Assembly: GCA_020137815.1 (NCBI GenBank)
Contig: CM035352.1
Span: forward strand, 2,232,001 to 2,296,000
DNA from: Hormiphora californensis
Taxonomy: Eukaryota; Animalia; Ctenophora
Length of the DNA: 64,000 nt
Direction of reading: 5' to 3'
In this document: one piece after another, positions 36,427 through 48,898 of the stretch
Layout of the letters: each line of letters starts with the position of its first letter
Position numbering within the stretch: position 1 is the stretch's first letter
Notes under the pieces: model-generated
Told to the model about the DNA's origin: nothing
The model's input: the letters and a program-made list of their open reading frames with translations, nothing else
Database searches by the model: none
Program-made: the position numbers and the translations under genes

Positions 36427-37198
36427 TATCAATCATTAGGCAAACACACGAGACACTGGACAAAAGAAAATGAAATTCAGATAACAAACAATGGACAATA
36501 TATACAGATTAAGCGAGGTCACTCTAGCTGCATATATTGTGTGTGTGACATCAAGGTGTCAGCCAATCAAGGGCCCTCCTTCTAGCGGCTAGACACAGGC
36601 AAACACCGCTACCAGATGAAAACTACATGTGAAACCATACCCCCTCTTATCATCACCCCGCTGAAAATTCCTCTCAAATTCACTAAATTTCAGCCTTTTT
36701 ACGCAGTTTAGAACTAAATTTGTTGTGAGAAAGTCACGTCCTTGATAAGGAATGTCAGGCTAATAATAGAAATGGCGAATAAGCCAAGTAGATAAGCGTT
36801 TTGACTTCTCGGATTGTGCCAGGGTAAGGTGGGCATGAGAGAGGGGGCGAGATGGATCCGGCCTTATGGCCGACAATATTCATTATAAATCATTCTATCT
36901 AGGAAGATATTATCATAACCACAAAGTGTCGTTATGATAATGAATAATCGACTGGTTATGATACTGGTTATGATAATTATTGGTATACCGATTTTGATAG
37001 AAACTAAGTCGTTCTACCTCAAAACGTCAAAATTATTAATTGTTTATAACTCAGCAAATACAAACAATAAAATATGTATCCTTAAAATCATCTCGATCCT
37101 CTACCGTTATAATCTTCAATGCTATTATTTTGTTCAATTATCATGAATGACTTGAATGCCATCGCGAGACTGTAACGATTATTCAATGATAATTCCAC

Positions 37199-37913
37199 TC
37201 ATCCCGTCTCTTCCAGTTCCCTTGTCAGTTTCTCGATAATGCATCGAAGTGAGGTATTCGTGCTTCTCAGCCACTCATTCTCTGATTCACGCTCTTTTTC
37301 CCACTGAAGTTTCCCAGAAAGCGTTGTTATGCGAATCATCAGCCTCTCGTGCTCCTGGAGAGAGGGAGAGAGCACGACCGAGTTAAATTTTAATTAAATA
37401 CCAGATTTGACAAACATGAATGTGGTTTAAGCTGCTGAAGATCATTGGCTTGCCCAGGAGGTACTTATTAAAAACTAAATGCATGGACTGAAGTCTTGCC
37501 TACGTTTTGTAATCGGTCGAGCTTCTGGTCCGCCAGTTCAATTCTCCTTTTAGTATTGCTACCCTTCTGCTTTTCTCGCTTCGTCATGGCCTTCATGTCC
37601 TCTAGATCCTGACTCAGGAATTAAGGTACAGATACAAAGTGAAAAAAGCAAAGACTGACTTTTCAATAACCTAGCGTACTTCTTCCTCATGTACCTTTTT
37701 GAGTCCAATGTTAGCCTTCCTGCATTCTGTGGGAGTTTCCACCGTCGTGGAGGGAGATAAATTCCCCCCATAACTGGGCGATAAATTACCCCCATAACTG
37801 GGTGATACAGCGTCACATGGAGAAGATTCCGAGCTGTCGGACAAGCTATCGTCGTCGGTACAAGAAGCAGAGTTAAGGCGTTCCCACTTACCCTCCCGTA
37901 GGACAAGTTTCAT
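37199..37913 (-). CDS. Small Ser-rich / C-terminal coiled-coil protein, 3 exons, ~164 aa
   Basis: Exons 37913-37680, 37608-37504, 37354-37199, GT-AG, phase 0; Leu heptads in RLQNEHERLMIRITTL. Could instead be the 3' part of the gene at 40358. Confidence 0.6.
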
Positions 37914-38938
37914 ATTTATGTACAAAGTATGTGAGCAAACGGTGATTTCTACACAATTAGCCAGGTTCAAATTCAGTGCTAAATTCTCTCTCTCTCTCTC
38001 TCCCTCTCTCTTTCTCTCTCTCCCTGTATTCCAATTCTTTCTCCACATGTGGGCCGCCGTACAGACAATTATCCCCACTGACGTCTCCGAAGCTATAATG
38101 CACTCACACACACACAGAAACGTCAGAGGCAGAGAGGGGAAGAGACATAGAGAATTAAGGAAAGATAGAGATAGATAGAGGGATAGAGAGAGAAAGGGAG
38201 GCTATAATAATAGTGGATGGTTCTAATATACCGCATTATAAAACTTATTGTGCGGGAAGTGACACCCTTCTACTGTAATGACAGCGGTAATGATAGTGTG
38301 GTGGGGTAGTTATAAAGAATTTATGTTCGGCAATGAGGTTCACCACACTTTTAGTGTAGCTCCAATTTTAGTGTAGCGATCTTTGCTGGTGCCCATGGTA
38401 GGCTTGGTCGACTGAGAACACTCGCACCCTTATTGAACTAAGAGACATGTAGTAACTAGCTGCAACACAACTACCAACCCACCATGATTTCCGTCTGGTA
38501 CAATTTGGAAAAGAAGCATCCATTAACATCATTGTGATTAACTCAACATGTCATTACATAACATCATTATTCCAATATCATATTAGTCAGGCATGCTACC
38601 ACCATACGATTATCTAGGTTTTCTCTAAAAAGATGCACATTATATATGACTGATGGGCTGACATAAAGTGCTCCAGACACACACACACTCTCTCTCTCTC
38701 TCTCTCTCTACATCAGTCCTCTCCATCTCTGTCTCACAGTGTCCCTCTTTGCAGACACAGATGCGATAAATATTCTCATGGAAATGTTCTCCGACCTCTG
38801 TTATATAGCAGGTCTCACACTGTCACCAAAATGAGCATCATCATCATCATCAGGTCTATTTAAGACCATTTAATGGCATAATCATCATGTAGATGTGCCA
38901 GCTGCTGCAGGGTCAAATATTGCACGTACTGTGTTATA

Positions 38939-40358
38939 TCACTTCACCTCAGTTTCCGAACGCCCCACGAACAATTTGGAAGCTTATAGCTGACCCATGT
39001 AGCAGCCTTGCTGGAAACCAGATCATCACCAGGCTTACCTGAAACAGCTGAATGTAAGGAAAGTGAAAGTAAGGACTTCAAACCACCGCACATCCATATT
39101 GAGGTACCGGATCAGCTATTTTTGGAATATAAACGGGGGCGTCTCAATTACAACGTGTAACTCAGCTATCTGTGTGGGAGTCTAGGACCCGGTGTGATAC
39201 TGGGGTTGCACTCTTTCCCCGATGCCCCGAAAAAATTTATCCCGGTAGTATTTCGCATATAATATTAATATCGTAGGGTTACAAAACCGCAGTGCTAATA
39301 ATGCTTGCACCTGGAATTTGGCCGTGAGGAATATAAATATATCTAAATGATACTGATTTGATATGCTGCCAGCTGGAAGAGAAAGGTCATAATTTATATA
39401 TCCCGATAGATAAGTAGCCACCTTTGTAACATATAATATTACATTCCAAATAGGTGAGCTAGTTAAGATATACAAATATCTATTTCGCTCCCAAGCCATA
39501 TTTCGGTAGTATAACATACTGCCTATGGAACGTTTGAGGACACATTGAGGACACATTAAGGACACATTGGGGACACATTGAGGACACATTGAGGACACAT
39601 CGTGGATAAAGTTCCGACGGAAATAAAAACCCAAAAATTAGGACCAGTATACTCAAATATTAGGACGACTTAGTTTACTAACAGTAACAGCATGTATTTT
39701 TGCATTTTTAAGGACCCTACATCTAGAAAGAGGTACTCACACGAAATAGGATGTCCTGAAAGTGTCCTTGCTGAACAATTAAGCCCCTGAAACATGCTGC
39801 ATTATTACAGACGTCTGTAAGTAAAGGAGCAATGAAGAGTTGAAAAGCAAATTGTGGTTTTCTGGACGACCGCAGGAATAAAAATAGCTTTCGTCTATCA
39901 GGGCATGAATCAATTATCTAGCATTAATTACTTACAAGCATCCAACAAACAAGCAAAAGATGTCTACAGATTTTATTAAAGCTTACTTTTCGACTGTTTT
40001 CTTTTCCGTGTACAGATGTGGCCTTAATAAACTGGGGTTTAATGGTGGTCAAAGCTGTTCTGTCTTCCTTAGGAAAGCGTATAGTTGGCCGATAGGATGT
40101 GTCGTATACCCGCTGTAGATCAATAGCGGGTTTATTTTGCAAATTCCTTAGTGATCTGGCTCTATACTCAAGGATAGCCCGAGATTCGTCCGCTAGTTGA
40201 GATCTCCTCCGCAGTGGTGAGGGTTGTGGTAGGACACTTTTGGGGAGAGGCGGGAGTCTGGAACACTCCGAGTCTGAGTTCCAACAGGGTAAACAATGAT
40301 CGGTCTTGGTGGCCCCGCCGCGGTGTCCACTTGATCGAATCTTAATCTTCTCCAGCAT
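38939..40358 (-). CDS. Hypothetical basic, Pro/Ser-rich protein, at least 3 exons
   Basis: Exons 40358-39987, 39786-39741 and 39038-(38948 or stop at 38939) are GT-AG and phase-consistent; no recognisable domain. Confidence 0.5.
39536..39600. repeat. 11-bp tandem repeat
   Basis: (gaggacacatt) about 6 copies with minor variants. Confidence 0.9.
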
Positions 40359-41582
40359 GATTAACAATAATTATGATCAATAAGGCCAAAGGAGGGATGT
40401 CATTGGGAAAGACAAGTTCACTCCGTGAGCTGCATGCCTGTATGTTAGAGAAAGCCTTAGTATGCTAGCAGCTTTAGCGCTTTTTAAAACCGTCAAACTA
40501 GCTTTCACGGAGTAAAGCTGAGAGATGCACGAGAGATATATGGAGAGAAAAAGATATAGATAGAGAGGGAATGAGAGAGAGAGAGAGGGAGATAGAGTGA
40601 GAAAGAGAGATATAAAAGATTTCCAATTACAAGGAGAAGGTCACTTTTTCTCAATCATGTCGGACCCTCCCCCACCCCCGCTGATTTAGCCAGCATGTAA
40701 GGACCAGGAACAAACTCTCTCGAGGGAGGAGGGTGGGAACTGAGAGAAATACATCACGAGAGTGCTACCACAAAACTCGATAACCACCGGGTCAAGTAAC
40801 ACTTCCACAGTACTACTGTACGCTGCTGACCTAGCAAGCACGTGAAATTGGTTGGAGTTTATGATGAGTAATATTACATGTTCTAACCACAGGCTAGTTT
40901 CACTTTCATACAGTGACATGCAGATTATATCTGGTCTGTTCTAAAGATTCCCCATTGACATGGAGATTATATTGGAATATACTGTTGGTGGATCAGGAAT
41001 TTGGAGGAAAATCGGGTATACCGTATTCTTAATCCTAGGTTTCGTTATGTTATATATGTATTACGTAGCCCTTTCTGTCTCTGGCAAGTGTCAACCCGCA
41101 AGTTTTATAATTTATTCTCTCCTTTTTGGTGGTTAAAATTATGTTTCCTCTGAAGGTAAAATATATTGCAGCTTTTAACAACACACCGTGCACTTCTAAG
41201 GAGCAGTTCCAAATTTTGTGTGCCTTTCCTTTCTTTCTGAATTTTTATAATTGGACCCAAATTTCAGCGGAAGTTTAAATTTGTCGGGTTTTGGAGCAGA
41301 AGGGCCGGGAATGGCTGGGATAGTGGTTATATTAATGTACTTACATTGACGCGTTTCCCTATATATGGCACCATAACATGTAAATAATGTCCCTGTTTGG
41401 CACCTCTTTAATTGGTATACCCCTTGTCAAAAAAAACCTCAGCGGATACACCAACTAACTATCCTTTTTAGTACAAAATGAAACAAATTAAGTGTTAACT
41501 TGTTTTAATTTGTTCTTCCACTCACAAGGATCCCGATAGTGCACTGTTTGTGGAAATTGAACCATCCTTTTTTACTTTTAGT

Positions 41583-42757
41583 ATGAATGTTACAGAATAC
41601 TCGGATGTGTACTCGGATTGGGAAAGTGTTACTTTCTCCATTGCCATCACCATTGGCACAATATTGGGTGAGTTAAATTGGTAACCATGGTAACCATGGT
41701 GAGTTACGGGTTAAAACAATTCGGATCGCTGCCAGGTTGATCTTTTTTCATTCCTAAACCTCCAATTACCCAAAATACATTGTTTCAGGTGTTGTTGGCA
41801 ATATCTTCCTCCTTTTTGTATCCAGGAGATATGATGTATTTGCCATTGACTACGTGACAGTCCATCTCATCCAGCAGCTTGCAATAGCGGATCTGATCTT
41901 CATTTTCATTTTCCTGATCCCCATCCTTGTGACTCACATCACCCGGAAGTGGGTTTTCGGACGGACAATCTGCTTTGTTTCCGGTATGATGGTTTCAATC
42001 CCTGCGTGTGCTAACATCAACTTTGTCCTCGCGGTATCCCTCCACAGATACGGGAGGTGCCGGTATCCCCTCTCCATTGGATGGCTGGATCGCAACAGAG
42101 TCCCCTTCGTCTCCTCCGCTCTCTGGCTCTACTCCAGCATATTCACTCTCTACGTCCTCCTCTCCCCCGAAACTGTGGAGTTCTTCCCTGGGTTGGCCGC
42201 TTGCCAGTTCAGTTTTGATATCTCCTACTTTAACTTTCTAGCCATCACGGCAACCACCCTGGTTCCCTTCGTAGTGATCACAACGATAAACATCGCTCTG
42301 TGGGTTCACGTTAGGGAGATACTCCGGAAGTCACACTTCCAAGTCCTACCAGGCCCTTCTCATAACCTCCTCCCTGACAGCATTTTTCATCCTGTGCTGG
42401 GCTCCCACCGTCGTTCCGTTTTATGTTCTCCTGCGGTGGTGGGAGAGGCAGGAGTGCCGAGACTGCCTTGAGAAGCTGCGTTATGTGTACTTTATAGGTG
42501 TGTGTGGGAATCCAATCCTGTACACCGCGGTCAGTGGACATTTCCGGCTCTTTGTACGGAACTTTATCAAGCTCTTATTGTTTGGAGATCACACGGTCAT
42601 CGAGCAACCACCACGGGATGTCCCACCACCACCATCCTCTAACAGGAGATTTGCCCGGCGTGCCAGTAGCAAGTGGCTCTCACTGGAGCACATTGACACC
42701 GTACCAAAAACTCCAATACGGGCTTACACGCCACGAGTTAGGGCATGTAGCACTTAG
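41583..42757 (+). CDS. Class A (rhodopsin-like) GPCR, 2 exons, with apparent indel errors
   Basis: Exons 41583-41667 and 41789-42757; N-glycosylation site NVT, TM1 GN, TM2 LAIADL, WVFG..C, TM3 SLHRY, TM6 CWAP, TM7 GNPILY. Frame change near 42338, plus probable mutually compensating insertions at ~42415-42462. Confidence 0.85.
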
Positions 42758-42858
42758 ATCAAGAATCTCAAGATACAGCTGGAAGTCGATGGTTACTCAC
42801 GATTCACAGTATAAGCCTGCTAGGAGCGCTCGACAGGATCAAGATTCTGGAGCTGATT

Positions 42859-42927
42859 ACAAAGTAATACAAGATTTAATAATAATAATAAAAAAATAAA
42901 CGATTATTAAATCTTGTATTACTTTGT
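42859..42927 (+). terminator. 25-bp perfect hairpin with AATAAA in its loop, 3' of the first GPCR
   Basis: acaaagtaatacaagatttaataat / attattaaatcttgtattactttgt around loop aataataaaaaaataaacg. Confidence 0.5.
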
Positions 42928-43264
42928 TATAGGCATACAGCTGCACGTGCAGCTGTTTTTGTGTTGCAGCTACATGACACACGGAGGTGTTAGTTGAAAG
43001 GTTTTAATCTAGTTATAAAGTTGTGTTGGAGGAGTTCATGTGTAGCAGCTTGAGAAGCTCATATTCTCACCTTAGTTATTGTAACTATCTCACTCTTTGG
43101 AAATTGACTTTGGCAGAAACTGTTTTATTAGCTGCCCCTAGCTACTCAGTTACAGCACCACTGAGGAAACGTGTGCCTGCCAGATACTATTGTTGTGACG
43201 TTGTTTATTTTCCTTTAATAACTTTACAGTTGATTGTTATCTCACTTGGTACAGCTAATAAACT

Positions 43265-43298
<34 letters not shown>

Positions 43299-44375
43299 AT
43301 AGAGAGATAAGTTGTAGAGATAAGTTGTAGAGAACAAGAAGAAAAGATAACAAAGATGACTATCAGATCACTGGCATGTGAGAGCGCCTTATAAAATGAG
43401 GCATGATGTTATTCTGAAATAAAGAATATCCTTTGTTCTATGAGTACAGCTGCAGGCTCGCCCATATCCCCGCAATTTCATTTAATGACACTTTAGAGAC
43501 CGGGTTTGATATAAAATTTCCCGTTGACCAAATTTTGGGCAATTTTATTTGTCCATGTTGTACTGCGTCAGAGTCTGAGATAGCCGTATCATCATGATCT
43601 CCAGTATAGACATTTCACAGACTCGCGATCTATTGACCCATTGAATCGATCATACTTTCTTCGGGAGCACGAAGACAGTGTCAGGCGAATCAAGTGGCCC
43701 ATATAGTGACCCATGGATCTAGTGACCCATATAATAGTGACCCATATAATTATAGCAGGCGCGGGATTGTTCTTCTTTCACTCATCCAACAAATATTATC
43801 CACTGTCTATAACACAGCTATTAGCTAGAACTGTCTACACCTTTGAATTCCGCTGTTACTCTTTGTACATTGCAAAGACTCGATTATTATATAGGAAAGA
43901 CCACTATTGATACTGTTATCGTTTTCCTTATAATGCGAAGCACACATTTTCTGTCTTGATATTATCTAGAAAGGAAATGATAAAGGAAATGATAAAATGT
44001 AACAATGCAAGATTCAACCAACCTCTTGCCAAAGCATTTCATTTAAGTGCTCGGACTGCGTGTGATTAATGAAGCAGAAAGCGGTGCCATTATCTGTCAT
44101 TCGAAGCTATGAAGAACGAAGGATATTAGGTTCGTAGACTCGCAGCTAGAGCTATGAGATCAGAGGAAGAGAGAGAAAACTCTAAGAGATGAATCTCATA
44201 GAGAATCACCGGCCTCTCACCTGCTACCTAGTGAAAGGAGAGAGAGACGATAAGAGCGTGACTGCAGATTTATCATTTTAGTATCTAAGTGCTGAGAGAT
44301 ATTACACGATATAGAACTAAATCTAAGAACTGTCATGCACTACTTAGTGGGTCATACTTCTCTCTATTAGAATCT

Positions 44376-44483
44376 AACCGACCGAATCAGGAAATACTGG
44401 TCCCTGATTGGCTGATAACCAGTCACATGACCTAAATAACGAGTTCTGATTGGTTGTTTACTTGTGTCGCTCAGTTCGTGCTA
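44376..44483. mobile_element. Short interspersed repeat (gattggctgataaccagtcacgtgacc family)
   Basis: A second, partial copy lies at ~59938-60013; imperfect terminal inverted repeat aaccgaccg / cggtcggtt. Confidence 0.7.
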
Positions 44484-44898
44484 ACCAGACCTTCACTACA
44501 CCTCTCAAGAAGCCATAGATCTGATATCACTTCCACGTGATTTCGCTTGTTATAGCTCTATATCAAGGATCTTGAAATCTATCGATCCAATCGTTCTCAG
44601 CTGTGTAATAGGAAATTATGTCGTTTACAGCCGGGCCATGAGAGAAGCTGTCTCCCTTGAGAGAGGAGGGATCTCCTCTCACACATGTCTCTCTCCCAGG
44701 TGTTTAGCCCGATCGACCAGCTGCAGATTTTTAGTCTTAGAGGGCGATTTTTCTTCTCACAATATTGTTGTAATCTTTTTCAAGCTTGTAAATAAAAGGT
44801 GTTGATTTTCTCACCTGGATCACAGGTGTCTAGTAATGTTATAGCGGGCTTTGTTTACTACGGCGATCCTCTGTTCACATTGTTACATAGTATACACA

Positions 44899-44969
44899 AC
44901 AACATCTGATTCCTGATGATTCCTCATGAATATCAACCCCATGAGGAATCGCCAGGAATCTGATGTTGT
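44899..44969. repeat. ~70-nt imperfect hairpin
   Basis: acaacatctgattcctgatgattcctcatg / catgaggaatcgccaggaatctgatgttgt. Confidence 0.8.
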
Positions 44970-46105
44970 GTAATACAACAAGATTTGCCAATAGTTAGGA
45001 ATTACTACTATTATATACCGCAAGATTGATCGTAATGAAAATTGCAATTTACGAGTGCAGCAGTTCCACTTTATTAGAGCGTTTACCTGCCTGCTCTTTT
45101 ATACTTAGGATCGTAATTTACCTAACGCATCATGAAAATTGGCATTCTTTATGCTGAATGTAAATTTAGAAGAGCATTTAAATTATGTGCTATGGAGGAT
45201 AAATGACAAGAATAATCTTATTTTTTTCGGCTTTCAAAGTACAATATCTAAATGCTCAAGAGCACTTTTTAAATAAAAGTTGTTTTCCTGAAATTTTTTT
45301 TGATACATTGTATCTTTGCGGAAATGAATGTAAATCGAAAGCAATTATGCGTTTCAAGATAGGCTACTTCTGAGCTGTGTTTGGTTCGTGTTGTTTACCT
45401 ATTTACCCGAGATATACATCATCATAGGCACATTTTTATGTTGCATTTTGTGACTTAAGTCACAAAGTTAATATAATGTGAGTCCACTTGTGTTCAGGGT
45501 TGCATTATTTAACTATTCATTGTTCATAATGCACACACTGTGACACATGTCATTGTTACACATACAACAACAGAAGAAAAGAATTGAAGTACTTTGGGTA
45601 GTTAGAGGTATACAACATAACGAGAGGATATTATATAATTATCCACCGGCCATTTGGGTAGTGGGTTCTTAAATGCCTATAATGCATTCTTGATTCTCTA
45701 ATGCTAAATTCATAATATAATACTGTTTGGTTTCCACTCCCTTATTTTCTTAAGTTAAAATTAGAGCTTGAACTTGTTCGGAAATCATTCCTTTTTTTCA
45801 TTAACTATTTGTCAATGAAGCTTCACTTTCCTCACTCTGTTTGAGATAATGTGTGTAATTATTGTCTGAGGCGTGTAATTAGCGACTGAGTAATTATTGT
45901 TATTCCTATTTTTTAAGAACAACGCTCGAAATCGTGGCGTTTAATCGTTGCTATAATTGACGTTTTAGACGAATCAGAAATTACTTCTGATTCTTTGCCT
46001 TTTACATTGAAGATGCATTGACTTAACATATTTCCTTATAAAAGGCAGTGTTGAAAATTAATATGAGTATATCTATGGCAATTATTCCCCTTATATCCCT
46101 AGAAC

Positions 46106-47092
46106 ATGATGCTGAATGTTACTGGGATTAACGATTCTGAGATCATCTACGCCCGCTACAACGCTGTCCCCTGGGAGGGTTACATTTGGTTCACACTGCT
46201 AACAACGGGGAACGTCTGTGGAATTATCGGCAATGCCCTTGTTATATACTGCTCAATGGAGTACGGCTCCTTCAAGATGGATGGTGCAACTATCGCCTTC
46301 GTCCGACAAATAGCCATAAGTGATATTCTGTTTATCCTGATTTACTCCGTCCCCATTGCCCTGACACACCTTTTTCGTCGGTGGGTGTTGGGCGGGTTGG
46401 TCTGCTTGATTCTCGGCCATGGGGTGACAGTGCCCGTTATGGCGAGTATAAACTTCATCCTGGCCGTATCCCTCCACCGGTATCTCCGGTGCAAATATCC
46501 AATCTCAGTTCGGGAAATTACCGCCACGAAGGCAACTCAGATCTCCATAGCCATTTGGTTGTTCTCCCTCGCCCTGGCGATTTATAACATAGCGAGTGGT
46601 AAAAGTGTTGAGTTCAATGGGAAGCTGGCCGCCTGTACATTCCATTTTGGACATTCCACCTACAACGTCGTGGTTATGATTCTATTGACACTGTTCCCCT
46701 TTATCGCCATAACTGTCATCAACATTATCCTATGGGTCTACGTCACAAACCTACTCAAACAACACTCTGGGAGCCCCACAGGACGGTCCAATGTGGCGCT
46801 ACTGACCACAGCCGCCGTTACAGGTCTCTTTTGGATATCATGGAGTGCCACCGTTGTGAGGTTTCATTACTCAGCCATAGTAGACGAACATGATGTGTCC
46901 GTGGGTATGGAGAAAGCAAGGTATTTGTACATGTTGGGAGCCTATGGGAATCCTCTTATTTACACCATGGTCAACCATGGGTTTAGGGACTTTATCAGGA
47001 ACTTGTTGAAGAGGATTTACACCAAATATATGCCGTTTGTTAAGGTCAGGAAGAATACAGTGAATATTGGGCAACAAAATAGTATTGCATAG
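46106..47092 (+). CDS. Class A (rhodopsin-like) GPCR, intronless, 328 aa
   Basis: Seven hydrophobic segments; NVT/NDS glycosylation sites, GN, IAISDIL, WVLG..C, SLHRY, GNPLIY; clear paralog of 41583-42757. Confidence 0.93.
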   Translation: MMLNVTGINDSEIIYARYNAVPWEGYIWFTLLTTGNVCGIIGNALVIYCSMEYGSFKMDGATIAFVRQIAISDILFILIYSVPIALTHLFRRWVLGGLVCLILGHGVTVPVMASINFILAVSLHRYLRCKYPISVREITATKATQISIAIWLFSLALAIYNIASGKSVEFNGKLAACTFHFGHSTYNVVVMILLTLFPFIAITVINIILWVYVTNLLKQHSGSPTGRSNVALLTTAAVTGLFWISWSATVVRFHYSAIVDEHDVSVGMEKARYLYMLGAYGNPLIYTMVNHGFRDFIRNLLKRIYTKYMPFVKVRKNTVNIGQQNSIA

Positions 47093-48236
47093 ATTTTATG
47101 TTTATTTTCAGTAATCTCCATTTCCAATTTTCCATTTCTCTAACAAAAAGGTTCTTTGTGGTCGATTCGCAGTTAGAGAACAGTAATCATATGCTCATGC
47201 TAATAGGGATATACCATGGTATATGTGTTTGCAAACACCAGTAAAATATATCAATTCACACTGAATAACCAATAACCATAAAGACTGTCTTGGCCGATGT
47301 GTGAGTGTCGGCAACCGATACAGTTTCTTTCAGCATCTTTGTTATTTACTTCACAGTGAATAACAAAGAATTAAATAGGACACTGGACAGTGAAGCTCAT
47401 CCTATTTAATAAAAGTTCTGTACTAAGCATTGTGTCATCACTCCATTGTCCAGAGTCCATATATCCGGGTTCTTTTGTTATTCTACTGAAGCTTACTCCG
47501 ATCACCCAAAATAGCACACTCTTCCACTTTCGATTTCATATTTTCATACTTCTCTTTCAATAAGTTATTGGTTCAGCTGGTATCGGTACTTCAGCTAGTT
47601 TTGTACTAACATCGCCACTACTGAATAACAGTCCTACCGAGTCATTGTCACGTTGGTGCTCCAAATTTCTAAAGAGCTGTGTGACTCACCACCAATGACC
47701 TCTACAACATCACTGGTTACACATCTGGTGCAGCACTATAGTAATATTTTACACACAATCGTGCTGTAGTCTAGTAAAGATCAATAATGTTTGTTTTCAT
47801 TCAATATTCCAATTCTTTACATTACAAAGAATCATATTATTCCAAATCTTTATTGCAAAGAATCATAGAAAATACGATATCATTGCTTGTTCATATAGTA
47901 CACGTTCTGAATATATTTAATATTGAATATTATTCTAATATCTATCTAACCCCCTCGTTATATAGCACACTCGGTGCGGTGTGGGTCACTATTCTCTCCC
48001 TCTCTCTCTCTCTTTCTCTCTCTCTAACAATCCTCCCCATGATACTAGGTACGCCATGGGTTGCGTGGGGGTGATTGCTTTTATATTGTTTATTGCGAGG
48101 CTTCTTAACACTTAATGAAAACCTTTGTTGAGTAAGCAAGGTTTTGCTCAACAAGAAAGCCTATGATATATGCATCTCAACTGTGTAACGTCGTGAGAGT
48201 AACGTGTGTATATGTAACTGTGCCCATGTCAGAGTG

Positions 48237-48313
48237 ATCGGACACCGATTTACCGGGCAAAGTTTTGCAAAACCCTTTCCCCGAGTATCCCGGTAAATCG
48301 GGGTCCGACTGTA
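48237..48313. mobile_element. Short MITE related to 7922-8111
   Basis: tcggacaccgatttaccggg ... cccggtaaatcggggtccgactg-TA. Confidence 0.7.
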
Positions 48314-48898
48314 TTGATGTTATTGTTCGAACTTCACCCTAATCCGTGTCTATGTCACCAAACCCTAATCCAGCACATCTTCAATGTGTTATTCATCCAG
48401 TGATGTGTGCAGTGTGCACTGTGCGACCACCCTGACCTGACACTCCATGGATGAGAGTGTGTTTTCATTGAACAAAAACAACACCTCCGTGTGTGATGCA
48501 GGGCAGGTAGTATCGTCACATCAGTTCTACATCATCGCATCAGCTTGGTAGAACAACAACATACACTATAGGCTTACACGTTGTCCGGAACTGCTCCCGA
48601 ACATATATCCTGTGTACTGTGCAGTAGTTGTTTCTAAGGAGTGAACTAAGAATATGATTTTTGGCAGCTTGTTTAGCATGTTTTATATTTATCGCTTCTT
48701 TCGAAATACAAATCAATGATTCCTTTTATGTCCCTTGAACCCCCATTTGGTCAAATTATACTGGTGACGGTGAGAGAGAGAGCAAGAGAGTACGTAACTA
48801 AAAAAGGGGTTCTCCCGTGTTTGCGGGTGTGCTTTGCTTTGTGCTGTCAATACATATATCTGCTACATCATTAAATGCGGCCTATCCAGTATCACGTG

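Noticed and set aside
37354-37608. bZIP transcription factor
   Set aside because: Leu heptads are present but the invariant N-x7-R/K spacing to the zipper is not met.
41583-42757. GPCR pseudogene
   Set aside because: All motifs are intact and the lesions match the window-wide single-base insertion error pattern, though this is not excluded without accurate reads.
44899-44969. pre-miRNA (also the hairpin at 8702-8750)
   Set aside because: A hairpin alone is not evidence in a window full of MITE-derived inverted repeats; no expression data.
46106-47092. Opsin
   Set aside because: Position 7.43, counted back from NPxxY, is Met here and Phe in the paralog, not the retinal-binding Lys.
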